This document shows positions 36,301 to 48,713 of a stretch of 64,000 nt of DNA, piece after piece; position 1 is the first letter of the stretch, and each line of letters opens with the position of its first letter. A model generated the notes under the pieces. That model worked only from the letters and a program-made list of their open reading frames with translations, had not been told where the DNA came from and ran no database searches. This DNA is from Octopus sinensis (taxonomy: Eukaryota): assembly GCF_006345805.1 (NCBI RefSeq), contig NC_043005.1:75330001-75394000 (forward strand). Direction: 5' to 3'. The position numbers and the translations under genes are program-made.

Positions 36301-37729
36301 ATCAAACCACTTTGAAAAGGTAAAAAAGAAAATTAAACCATATGCAAATTAACCAAATTCAAAAACACTGTCTATATACTCAATGCAGGATAATATATTG
36401 CATGATGTTGCACAATATTCCTGGCAGCCAGATAAGAGGTATGGTACTGTATTTAGTTTGACCCAGTAAAGTGTTATTCTTTCTACTCAACCACACAATG
36501 CCAAAACTGAAGAGAAATATAATTTCCTGCAATTATTGCTAGCTAGCTGCACTATTAAGTATCTAATGGAGGCATGGATTACTCACTACAATTGTTAAAA
36601 CTATGTGAGAACAGCAACAACAAAAGCTCTGGAAAATGAAAATGTGAAGCAGGCATCCAACGGAGGAACTTTCAATCCAAGACTCAGTTTCATATCAGAT
36701 TTTGCTGTCTCACTTAACAAAATACTAAAGCCGGTCTCTTCAACTTATCTGTTTGAATATTGAAATGCAGTGTTTCTCTCAGTATTATTTGCATATAATA
36801 ATATTCAAGTGTATGCAATGGAAATAACTTATATTAGTTTACTTGTGCAGGTTAAGAAAAAGTATTTTTTTGTAGAAAAGCCAAAGAACCAATTTTGTTT
36901 TTTTGTTGTTTTTTTTTTAAATTTCTTCTGGAATATATTATTACACAGTTCTTTCTGCAATCAAAGTTGAATTTCAAAGAGGTGTCAATTCATAAGAAAA
37001 AGGAAGACTAAAATAGTTCTTTTTAATTACTGGTTAATTCTTTTTTCAGGTGGACCCAGACAATGATTAGAACTTACTCATTCCCTTTAATAAATTCTAA
37101 TTAACTGTTGTACACAAACACACAACAAAGTATTTTATCATTAAATTTATTACTATTGGAAGTAAGCATGGTCATGGCCATGTAGCTAAAAAGTGTATTT
37201 TCCGAGTATGAGGTCAAGTTCAATAAACACCACTGCACATTATTATGGGCAGGTGTCTCCAACCAAAGCATCAGTATGACCAAAGCCATATCATGCAGAA
37301 ACTATACAGAAGCTCATCATGGAACACTAGTGTAGACAAGAGACAACAGGACAAAATGATACTGTATAAGTTCCATCTAATGTTGCTTTTGTCCCTTATG
37401 AGATTGATATAACTGACTAAAACCATTGAAATTTCAACTAAGCATGGCCATAGTTCAAAAATCGCATTACAATGGTCAAATACATCCAGTGTATCTTTTC
37501 CAAATTTATAGCATTGTGCTAATATTAGAAGTTATGAATATATAGGTGGAGTGACAAATACTTACACTGAAATGCCTCAATGTATTTAGCTCCATCCCTC
37601 AATAAAACAGAATACAGTGGAGGGTTCACCAAATCATTGATTTAAACATATTTCCTTATATTGCAAGATGGGGGCGGGGGGTCAAAATGCTGAATTCTGA
37701 AGAAATTTTTTTGTAAGGTTTTGTATTAA

Positions 37730-39200
37730 CGCTTGTTACTAATACACCCAATACTTTAACCATAATTTCCACCACGTACTTGAAATGAGTAGCAACAAAT
37801 CTTACTATGTTAAGAGAATATGTATGGTTTTATTATACACCTGTTATACCTTATCTGTTATTTGGTGACATGAAATATGTGTTCTTCAAATTTTTTTTTT
37901 CCCCCCCAGTTATCTTTTCTATAGCATTACACTCTTGGAACAAAAGGATACCAGCTTCACATTTAGCAGTAGCCATTCTAAATTTGATGGTTTTTGAAAG
38001 TAGCAGCAGCAAAAGAAAAATGTAGCAAGCATAACCATGTTTTGGAAGTAGAGTCAAAAATATTCCAATTTCTGATAGTGATAGCAACTCTGACAGCAAT
38101 ATTGAAAGCAAGAACGAATTTATTCCAGAAAGACAATGCAGTGAAAATTTTTTAATATTTCTCTTCAAAATTTTTTAAAAGAAACCATACCCAATCACAA
38201 TCTTCCTGAGGACTTGAAACCAATCGATTATTTCCTTTATTTTTTCCTATTGAAATGTTCCAGACAATAACTGCAGAAACAAATTGTTACGCAGAACATA
38301 AACAAGGGAAAAAAGACAGTCCATGGTCTTGTACATGCCTGAACAAAATTTGGGTATCTTTTGCAACAAACATTAAAGGCATTAGGAAGGTGGCTAACCA
38401 ACTACTGAAACACATGTGAACCTTTCAGCGACCCCTAAATTTCTAGTATCATGACTAGAATATGGCTCTCAGTTTTTGAATATAGAAGACACCAGCAGTA
38501 CCCCATATATGAGGGAAAGGACAATATGATCCATTATACAAAATAAAACACCTCCTGGACACTGTACAAGTTATTTAAAATCATGTTACTAACCTGGAAA
38601 AAAGGATGTCTGGTAGATTATGAATGCTGGATACAAATCTAGAATTATATTCCAGGCAAGCCCACAAAATTGGATAAATCTTTTGAAGTTTTAAATGGGT
38701 AATAACTACAGTAGTTGAAATCAGCAGGGATAAGGTTACAATGTAGTTGAGGAAATTAACACTTCCATATTATACCCAAGGTCATATATATAAATATATA
38801 AACTGGTATTTCAGTTTGGTCAGATCTGTAGTGAACTTAGAAGCTATGGCAACATATGTGTGTCACAGTAATTGCAAATAGAATAGGACTGCTGTTGGAT
38901 ATAAAAAGAAGCAAAATTAAAAATAGGTAAAATAAACTATTGGCAGGAAGGAAATTTGCCAACAACTCTATACAGAGATAGGAAATTAATTTACCTATCA
39001 ACTTATGCTCAACTTCATGTTGTTGAGAAAAATGGCACACTATTTGTAAATCTCAAATACAATTACATAGACAATGTCGAACAGATGAATCAGATGTTGG
39101 GTGATTACATACTTGGTATGGGTACTGTGAATACTTCTTTTATGATACTATATACTTAACCACAAGAGAAGCAGAACTGATGCAATGATCTGCAGATCTG
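37730..39200 (+). mobile_element. Decayed piggyBac (PGBD4-like) transposon remnant
   Basis: Fragments LPEDLKPIDYFLYFF...TAETNCYAE, IPGKPTK, DRKLIYLST...KYNYIDNVEQMNQMLGDY. Boundaries uncertain. Confidence 0.65.
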
Positions 39201-41669
39201 AGCATATGTTGCAATGCAATTGAGAACAGACAAATTATTCTATATAAAAAGTTTGATTTAGGCACAAGGCCAACAGTTTTGCAAGTGAGGGAGTTAGTCA
39301 GTACCAACAACCTTGGTAGTTGATTGGTACTTTTTTTTTAGCAACCCTAGAGAGATGAAAAGCTAAGTTGATATCAAAAGGATTTGGATTCTGGACACAA
39401 GTGTTGAACAAAGAATTTTTTCCAAAACTCTAAAGACTCAGCCAATAATTGAATACCTATTGGTGGTTAAATCAAAAAATTGCCGGAGAGATATCTCTAA
39501 ACTCAGCCAATCTCAATAAAACAGAAAAAGAAAAAAAAAAGGAAAAAAAAAAAAAAATTCAATTGCCATAAGAGGTTGTGTTGAGAATGCCAACATCAGA
39601 AAAGGAAAGCTCCTAGCAGATGGCTAATTGAAACAACTTTCCAATGGGCATTCTGCCAGATTGTATAATGCAATGTAGGAAGCTTTACCACCTTTCACAA
39701 AAGAAGTGTGTGTGTGTGTGTGTGTAATATGAAATTTAATTTTGTAAAACACTATTTTTAAATTTAGCATTTTCAATTTTTTTTAATTATTAATCTAAAC
39801 TTTTGATTTATCTATGAGTGACAAATATTAGTGAATCACTGAGTATGTGTGTGTATGTATTTACATAATTTGTTTCCAAGCAGTTCGGTTATTATTTCAT
39901 AGTATTTTACATTTATACTGCATCCGTTTTATAGGCAAATTCAATTGAAAATCCAATAATGTGCATAATTCTTCTATATTACATTTGTCTGTGTTTAAAA
40001 TACACTACTGTATAATGTGAACCTTTAAGGGTAATAACATCTCATGTAAAGTACTGACTTTTCTTTAATATTGATTTCAAATTTTGGCACAAGAACAGCA
40101 AGTTTGTAGGAATTAGTAAGTCAACTACATTGACCCCAGTGGTCAACTGGAACTTATTTTATCGACCCCAAAAGAAAGAAAGGCAAAATCAACCTTGGCA
40201 GAGTATTTTAAACTCAGAATGTAAAGACAAATGAAATGTCACCAAGCATTTTGCCCAGCCTGCTAATGACTGCCAGTTTGCCACCTTGACTGATTTTGCT
40301 TTAATATGATAAATGCAAGTGTTTAGTCAGATTTATAATTGAAAAGTTCATGTACCTTAAATGGAGAAAAAAAACTTAAATCCTAAGGTGACTTACAAAC
40401 TTTACTGGTGTAAGCCATAAAAGTACACCTAGTTGAGTCAACATGGCAGATTTTTTTTCTAGAAAATCAGTTTGGTTATGATACTGATGGTAGTCTTATG
40501 TAAGTTTTACACTCATTTACACTTCTCTCTCTAACTGAGATAGCCATGTATCTTCTCTATTGCAAGTCACCTCTTTCTGTCTCCCAATTCATTACCAGTC
40601 ACAAAACCACTTCCCTCAATACTTCTCCCAACTCAGTTGAGGGGGCTTGTCTTGCAAGTTACTAGGTGATTTCACTGCTGCTGGTGCCACATAAAAAGCA
40701 CCCAGTGCACTCTCTAAAGTGGTTAGTATTAGGAAGGGCACTGAACCATAGCAACCATAATGAAGCAGACAGAGCCTGGAGCAGGCTTCTGACTCGCCAG
40801 CCCCAGTCAATTCATCCAACCCAAGCCAACACTGAAGGGGGGGGGGCATTAAATGACAATGATAATATAGTATTCAGTTTGTATAATGATGCAAGTGTGT
40901 TAGAGTTGTTACACGAGATCAATATGTTCATCATTTAAGTATGGTTTATAAAAGAAAACAAAACACCCCCTTTTTTTTAAAATATACATATAAAATATCA
41001 GTAAATGTCTCAATAAATTCTGATACAGTTTCATTATCTTTGCTATTCTCCAGTTAATTTAAGGTTATGCAAAAGCAGAGTTTTTCTTGAATTTTATAAA
41101 ACATCTTTTGCTCGCATGAAATTCTGGCTTATTAGCAGTTTATTCCAATCTGCACATAAACTGATAAGACTTTTTTTAATTAATACAAGATGCAAGACTA
41201 TTTCTTTCTATGCTGGCCATCAATGTATACTTTTACTGAATTCTCCATTTGTTACCAACACTTTACTGCATTTTAGGGACATAATTTTTACTGATATATT
41301 TCTTACATTATGCGGTGGTTGGTGTTAGGAAGGGCATCCAGCCGTAGAAACACTGCCAGATCTGACTGGGCCTGACGAAGCCTTCCAGCTTCACAGACCC
41401 CAGTTGACCCGTCCAACCCATGCTAGCATGGAAAGCGGACGTTAAATGATGATGATGATTATGCATGTCCTTTATTATTATCTCTAATAATTGAAAACTT
41501 TGTCACATTCAGAACCCTTATTATTGGAGCAAGACCACAAATTTGAGGGAGGGCGGGGCGGCAACAGTAGATTATATCAACTCTAGTGTTTGAATGGTAC
41601 TTGATTTTATTGATCCTGAAAGGATGAAAAGCAAAGTCAATTTTGTCAGGATTTGAAGGCAGTCTGTAA

Positions 41670-42172
41670 TCTATATATATAAAACTGTAGTTGTGTGAGT
41701 GTCTGTCCCCTTCGATTTAGATTCCTAACTACTCCCACATTTTGCGGTGCAGTTTAACCAAATTCAGGTATCTTATAGTCGTGATTCATATCGAGCCCGT
41801 CTGGGTATTAGTGCGCGTCTACGATTTAAAAAATAATTTAACATAATTTTTTATTCCATTTTAATGCATATTTTTTCGTGTGTCGATGGTGGCGGAGTTG
41901 GCGTCCATGGTCACAGCTGCACCTGTGTTGCTTCTCCCCCTTCTTCCCTCCCTCGTGAAGCTGTGGGGAAGGGAGTGTAAGGAAATCAACGTCGTAAAGC
42001 GTTGACAAGGAGACCAGCGTTCTTTTAGAACAACGACTTCATGGCTTGAAGACACCAAAACAGAAATGGCTAAGAAAGCCCGAATTGGCATCTATAAGGG
42101 AAGTAACTCTCTAAAAATGCTTATATAGTTATTTCCCTTACAAACCTGAGCAACGCCGGGCGATACTGCTAG
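41670..42172 (+). mobile_element. Non-autonomous Helitron (503 bp)
   Basis: A|TCTATATATATAAAA ... CCTGAGCAACGCCGGG hairpin ... CTAG|T. Same termini as the 10838 and 59396 copies. Confidence 0.8.
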
Positions 42173-42474
42173 TACATTATAAATTCACAATGCCATAAAT
42201 TGAATAACCCACTGCATCAGTTTATTTACAACCAGAAACAGAAAAACTGAGCACATCCATCTATACAGACCATCTCACATGTGTAGAATATTATCCATTT
42301 ATCAAAACTGGATAATTAGTGATGTCCCCTCCCACTGCATGAAAAACCTGTATAGTCATAATCATTATTATAAGGAGTAAGACCATACATCACTAAAAAT
42401 ATCTAAACATATCTAAATGTCTTGCATTAAGTTTAGCTTCACTCTCCATCACATTCCACATTTTGAGTGGGGAT

Positions 42475-42769
42475 GGCACATAAAAGGGCACCATTTGAGC
42501 GTGATCGTTACTGGCACCTGTGCTGGTGGCATGTGTAAAAGGATTTGAGCAAGGTTGTTGCCAGTACCACCTGACTGGTCCCTGTGCCGGTGGCACGTAA
42601 AAGCACCCACTACACTCTCGGAGTGGTTGGCGTTCGGAAGGGAATCCAGCTGTAGGAACTCCGCCAGATCTGTTTGGAGCCTGGTGTAGCCATCTGGTTC
42701 GCCAGTTCTCAGTCAAATCGCCCAACCAATGCTAGCACGAAAAGCGGGCATTAAACGATGATGATAATG
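42475..42769 (+). mobile_element. 5'-truncated family C element flanked by a 64-bp direct repeat
   Basis: GAT-repeat tail. Flanks 42411-42474 and 42770-42833 match at 62/64. Confidence 0.85.
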
Positions 42770-43353
42770 ATCTAAATGTCTTACATTAAGTTTAGCTTCA
42801 CTCTCCATCACATTCCTCATTTTGAGTGGGGATTCAATACAATGTAGTGTGCTGATCTCTACTTGGGTATAAATGATATTTAGTATGATCTGATCTATTC
42901 ATTAAACAATCAATCCTTCATAAAAGGAATTTAATTCTTTCCTTTTGTTATAATGTAAAAGTTGGCGCAGAAGGAATCATTTTCAGACTGAGACATTATT
43001 TTGATAGATTCTTAAGAGCTACTAATTCATTTAACAATCATTTATAAATAGGATCTTATGAAGGATACAATTAGTGCAACTTTATTTAGGCCAATTTATT
43101 TAGTAGCTTCCAAGCTTTGTCAAATTGTTGAATTCTGTGGATATTGAATTAGTTAAGTTTAAGCAAGCCTAAAGACAAAGAATAATCAACTGATAGAAAC
43201 ATACCTGCTATACTCTGTACATAGTATAGATGGAATAATTTACAAATAAAATTGTTTGATTTGTTACACTTAAGGGCAGTAAATTATTCATATTGCAGTA
43301 ACAATTAAAAAATGAATATATTGAATGAAACAAGAAAAAAAAATTCAACTTAC

Positions 43354-43447
43354 CAACTTGTTCTTTCTTTATCTCAGTCAGAGCAAGAGCATCTATTTTG
43401 TCTTTCTCAGCTGGAGGGATACCTGCTCCATCAATTTGATTCATCAA
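43354..43447 (-). CDS. RNF115/RNF126: RNF115/RNF126-like exon (LMNQIDGAGIPPAEKDKIDALALTEIKKEQV)
   Basis: Acceptor cttcattttgtag, donor TTG|gtaagt; 94 nt, phase 0/1. Matches the family motif G-x-PPA-x-K-x-KI-x-x-L. Confidence 0.95.
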
Positions 43448-43580
43448 CTACAAAATGAAGATCAGAAATTTATCATTAAGCTAGACAGACAATATCACCA
43501 TGTACATACACATTTCACACATACATACACACAAGTATACGTATCAAATTGGTGCTTTCTATTTGATACATGTGAAGGAA

Positions 43581-43905
43581 CATGGCTCAGTGGTTAGTGT
43601 CAAGCTAATGATCATGAGGTTGTGAGTTCGAATACTGGACCGGGCTGTGTGTTGCGTTCTTGAGCTACACACTTTATTTCACATTGCTCCAGTTCACTCA
43701 ACTGTAGAAATGAGTTGCAACATCACTGGTGCCAAGCTGTATTGGCCTTTACCATTCCCTTGGATAACACTGGTGGCATGGAGAGGGGAGGCCAGTATGC
43801 ATGGGCAACTGCTGGTCTTCCATAAACAACCTTGCCCGGACTTGTGCCTGGGAGGGTAACTTTCTAGGTGCAATCCCATGGTCAGTCATGACCGAAGAGG
43901 GTCTC
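43581..43905 (+). mobile_element. tRNA-headed SINE with TTGCTCCAG.TCACTCA.CTG core
   Basis: TGGCTCAGTGG A box and GAGTTCGAAT B box. Its 3' 181 bp are shared, inverted, with 50864-51044. Confidence 0.75.
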
Positions 43906-43924
43906 AGCATTTGATACATTCACT

Positions 43925-44034
43925 GTTTAACATGCCAAAAGCCCCACCGGATCTTGTTCAATCACTGAAGTTAAGTAGTAATGAGCCTAGTTAGTACTTA
44001 GATGAGTGATAAGTGTTTAAGTGCTGTAAGCATT
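43925..44034 (+). pseudogene. Degenerate 5S rRNA copy (pseudogene or 5S-derived SINE head)
   Basis: CACCGGATCTTGTTCAATCACTGAAGTTAAG...GCCTAGTTAGTACTTAGATGAGTGA...GTGCTGTAAGCATT follows the metazoan 5S sequence (box A AGTTAAG, GTTAGTACTT, box C), with transitions and a 3' deletion. Confidence 0.7.
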
Positions 44035-45000
44035 ACTTCCTAGTTGGTATAAGCCTAACTATATACTTAAGTCCTCTTTTCAATCATATGGTTCCAAAAT
44101 CAGTCTCAATGCACAGCACATTGGCCAAGTGTGTAAACCTAAGCAATGCCTTACAAGGGAATGTGGTAGGCAGAAACTGTATGAAGCCCATCAAGTGTGT
44201 GTTTGTTTACATCCCACATGCTTTGAGCTCCAAGCAGCGAAGTTTGCTATCATTTTCCTGTCAACAAACCATCTGCTGGCTCTGTACTTTTGAAAATGAG
44301 TGGAATAAGAGATCTACTTGAAAAACATAAGAGATAGGGACACAAAGGGCATTTGGCTGTAAAACAATGATTCAATAACAATAATATCTGTCTAATCTAG
44401 GCTAACATGGAAAAATGTGTAAAACAAATATACCATCACTGGCTTCACAAACCACCGGTGGAGATGGAGAAACCTCAAAACACATGGTACATCCTGGTTC
44501 AGAGAAAATATTAATAATGCAGGAGATGAAGCCATAGCATTAAAAGTAAACTCCTTTTGAAATTATACACCCTATACTTCACTAACCTAACTAAGAGAAC
44601 TCAATCAAACTTCACTTTCTGCTAGGCACACACAGCCACAACCATCTTCTGATCATCTAGCCTTTCTCACACATTCAAATAAAGTACTTGGATAAATTTT
44701 AAAATAAACCAGTGAAAATAGTTCTATAAACAACATCAAGGTTTAAAGAATTTACAATGCTACAATCACCAACAGATACATGCAGTCAACATGCTTCCCA
44801 AAAACATTTCCCAAAAACCAACAAAAAAATACAATCCTACTCAAAACAATAACTGCTAAACATATTAAGCTATTGCTGCATAGATAACAACCACATGCAC
44901 AAAGGAATTTAAAGAATTAAATACCCAGAACAATAAACTTCAGCTCTGGACATAAAACATTCACAAAAAAATCTGTAAAAATAATTTTTTAAATACTAAC

Positions 45001-45076
45001 CTGGCTTATAACAGAATCTAATCCACCGGCACCCCATGCATAGTCCCCAGGGTTTGCATGAAGAGGAAATATGTTT
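45001..45076 (-). CDS. RNF115/RNF126: RNF115/RNF126-like exon (NIFPLHANPGDYAWGAGGLDSVISQ)
   Basis: Acceptor cttgttttcttcag, donor CAG|gttagt; 76 nt, phase 2/0. Carries the family signature LHxNPGDYAWGxxGLD. Confidence 0.96.
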
Positions 45077-45431
45077 CTGAAGAAAACAAGAAAAAAGACG
45101 TGTATGTGTGTGTGCGTGTATGTATATATATACACACATACATAAAGAGAATATAAAGTAGAAAAGTATTTTGAAATATCAATGTTTTGAATCGATGATT
45201 CATCACAACCAAGATAAGATTTAACAGAACGACAAAGTGAATTACTGGATAATTTTTGGTAAGCTGACCACTGAATATATAATATATAAAAGGAAAAGCA
45301 TAACCAAATGCTAACTGAACATTTTCATCAAGTGAGTTTAATCCTTTTGTTTCCAAATCACTCATGATCACCTTTGGTTCTGTGTTAAAAGCCACCTGCA
45401 TTTATCTATTCATATTTAAACTAAAATATTG

Positions 45432-46192
45432 GGCACTGTCATGCCTTTGGTTGTCAGAAGTGAAAGTAGTCAACTTCGTGTATTTCCGTCAGGTTTATAC
45501 CTTCGTTAATTTATGCCGTTTATTTACGTACTACCACGCTGTTAGGTTTATAAAACAATTGAAGTTCAGTTTAAAGTTTATAAATAAATACATTTCATTC
45601 CATGTTCTGTTTAAACTTTATAAATAAATATATTCTTGCATTATTCATTATTGTTTTTAAAAAAAGAAATCACACCAAATCTGCACAAATGACCACCACC
45701 ACCGCGATCACATACACCAATCATACACACGTGTGCGTGTGTGTATATGTGGCTATATGTCTGACTAATGTGTGTGTGTGTCTGTATTTATTGTATGTGC
45801 GTATAAGTAGTTATATGCTTATATTATCCATTATAGTAATATTTTTCTGTTGAAATCCGTTTTAAGGCGGTCAATAGTTTAATTAAAGATGTGTCTATAC
45901 ATGTATATATATATATATATACATGTGTATACATATATATATACATGTGTATATATACATGTGTATACATATATATATACACACGTGTATACATATATAT
46001 ATACACACACGTGTATACATTACACATGAAATGTATTTATTTATAAACTTTAAACTGAACTTCAATTGTTTTATAAACCTAACAGCGTGGTGGTACGTAA
46101 ATAAACGGCGTAAATTAACGAAGGTATAAACCTAACGGAAATATACGAAGTTGACTACTTTCACTTCTGACAATCAAAGGCATGACAGTGCC
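45432..46192. mobile_element. Foldback/MITE-like DNA element with 167-bp TIRs and 8-bp TSD
   Basis: TIRs 45432-45598 and 46026-46192 (5 mismatches by eye), termini GGCAC...GTGCC, TSD AAATATTG at 45424-45431 and 46193-46200. The spacer is mostly TA/CA microsatellite. Confidence 0.85.
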
Positions 46193-48045
46193 AAATATTG
46201 GTTTCAAATTCTGGCACAAGGCCAGCAATTTCGGGAGAGAGGATAAGTCAATTACATTGATTCCAGTGCTCAACCGGTACTTATTTTATTGACTCCCAAA
46301 AGGATGAAAGGCAAAGTCAATCCCAACAGAATTTGAACCCAGAACAAAGCATAAAGACAGACGAAATGCTGTCAAGCATTTTGCCCAGAGTGTTAACAAT
46401 TCTGCCAGCTCACTTTTTTTAGAACTAAAATATTGATGAAATTCTTGTATTAATAACATCAGCAGATTTCACTGCTTCCACAATGCTAGACATTTTAGTG
46501 CAGAAAGTTCCATTGAAATGTTTTAAAATTCAAAACAGGTGAGAGAAAATGGTGAAGCTTGTTCACAAGTATCATGATGTCAACACAAGGACAAACACAC
46601 ACATGCAGGCACACACGCAGCTTTTGTCAGCCTTGGGCTAAAGAATAAGACATTTGCCTATGGTACTGCACAGTGGAACTGAACTAAAAAAATCACATTG
46701 TTGGGAAGCAAGCTTATAAATCACACACCTGAATTTAATTAAACTTGGTTTTTAATTTTATCATAACTTTAAATCACAATGAATAATATCACAAGGAGTG
46801 AGGTTACCACAAGTTATTAAATGCTTAGAGGGTACAGCAGTGAGTTGAATTCCTAGTCATTTGGCAATGTCTCTCATTCATTTGGGTTTGTATCATTAAA
46901 AACAAGCTGTTAGGTATGTAACTATTTAGGTAATCTTACTATGACCCTGCATAACACTATCTACTTACACTACATTTTGAGAGAACATATCTAGAGCATT
47001 GAGATAAGACTGCATTAATATTCAATTAAGAGAAGGCATGTGGCTAGTATATTCGTCTTAATGATCACATGGTCGGGAGTTCAATTCCTGGCAGTGCACT
47101 GTGTCCCCGAGCAAGATACATTATTTGTTGTGCTCCAGTCAACTCAGCTGGCAAAAATGAGCTGTACCTGTAATTCAAAGGAGCTGCCTTGTCATGCTGA
47201 ACCTTCTTGATGTTAATGGTATGCAAGTCTGTGGAGTGCTCAGCCACTTGCAAGTTAATTTCACAAGCAGGTTGTTCAGTTGCTTGTATCAACTGGGACA
47301 CTAATCGTCATAATTGACAGAGCCAAGCTTAATCTTCAATTAGAATAGTTTCAAGACAAAAATTTAGTCGGGTTCATGAAAGAACCTTTTACTATGCTGT
47401 TACAAACTCCATCATATATTAACAAATGTAAGTTATAGCTGCTTTGTGAAACTTGTCTAAATTCTTGACAATTTAAAAATTTAATTGAAACATTCAAAAT
47501 TAAAACACAGTAGCAAAAAGGTTAATGTTTTGCATCCAAGATCTTGTGAGCTATCAGATTTTGAAAATTAATCACTACATGATCACGATTTTACATACTA
47601 AGAGCAAGTCCCAAAAGCACTTAAATTTTAAGATCTTAAACATTTGTTTTCATTGTGAATATTCTGAAAATGATAGATAGAAGAATAGCTCAGTTAAACT
47701 GTAGAGTAAGAATCATAATTGTCAAAACAATTTTAAACTTGGACAAGGATTATCTTCATATCAATTGAATTTTTAGCTATGTTTAGGTTTTAAACTTTCC
47801 AATAATACAGTATCATCATTTAGCGTCCGCTTTCCAACCACTCTGTGAGTGTAGTGGGTGCTTTTTACGTGCCAGACGAGGCTGGCAAACGGCCACGATC
47901 GGATGGTGCTTTTTACGTGCCACCGGCACGGAAGCCAGTCGGGGCGGCGCTGGCAACGGCCACGTTCGGAACTTTATGTAAAAAAAATTTTTATTTTAAT
48001 TTAGTCAAAATATTGAACATCTTTTTTATACTGAGTATACTTTAA

Positions 48046-48597
48046 CCCTTTAGCATTCACATTAATGCTTATTTTTGCTTTTATTTATTCCAGTTATTAG
48101 ACCGTGGCCATGCTGGAGCACTGCATTGGAGAATTTTTTAGTTGAATGAATGGATCCCAGTACTTATTTTTTTTTAAAGCCTGGTACTTAGTCTATTGGT
48201 CTCTTTTGCTGAACCACTAGGTTGCAAGGGTGTAAACATACCAGCACCAGTTGTCAAGCAATGGTAGGGGAACAAACACACACACACTATGGGCTTCTTT
48301 GAATTTCTGTCTACCATATCCATTCACAAGGTTTTGGTAGGCCCAAGGTGTCAACACAGTGGGACTGAACCCAGTGCCTGGAACCATGTGGTTGGGAAGC
48401 AAGCTTCTTACTATACAGCCATGTCTATTCACATTGTTTTGAATTGACAATGCAGTATCTCATAGCTTCAAGATTCAAATGCGATTGTTTATTTTCAGAA
48501 TGGCATTGTAGGGTAGGTATAAGAGCCCAGGTCTGGCTGGTTTGAACACAAAAGTAAAATATTTAAGCCAGTTACGGCCAATTTAAATACTAAAGTG
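48046..48597. mobile_element. piggyBac-type MITE interrupted by a family A SINE
   Basis: TTAA|CCCTTTAGCA...TAAAGTG|TTAA, with the SINE at about 48075-48422. Confidence 0.7.
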
Positions 48598-48656
48598 TTA
48601 AGAAAACAAAACGTGTGCATTATCCAATTACTAATGAAGAAACTTAATACACTTAC

Positions 48657-48713
48657 AACATTCCAGCATTTGGCATTTCTTGTTGCAAAGGACTAATAAA
48701 TTGCAATAATAGC
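48657..48713 (-). CDS. RNF115/RNF126: RNF115/RNF126-like exon (R-LLLQFISPLQQEMPNAGM-L)
   Basis: Acceptor atttatttattttgcag, donor GTT|gtaagt; 57 nt, phase 2/2. It joins the flanking exons in frame at the position of the family IIQQL-type segment. Confidence 0.85.

Noticed and set aside
35470-37080. Repeat-poor, 3'-UTR-like intronic block suggesting an alternative terminal exon or nested gene
   Set aside because: Splice-like sites occur on both strands with no consistent ORF, and AATAAA hexamers are expected by chance at this AT content.
45018-45401. 127-aa minus-strand ORF (MQVAFNTEPKV...)
   Set aside because: It overlaps the true exon 45001-45076 in a different frame, includes microsatellite-derived residues and has no recognisable homology.
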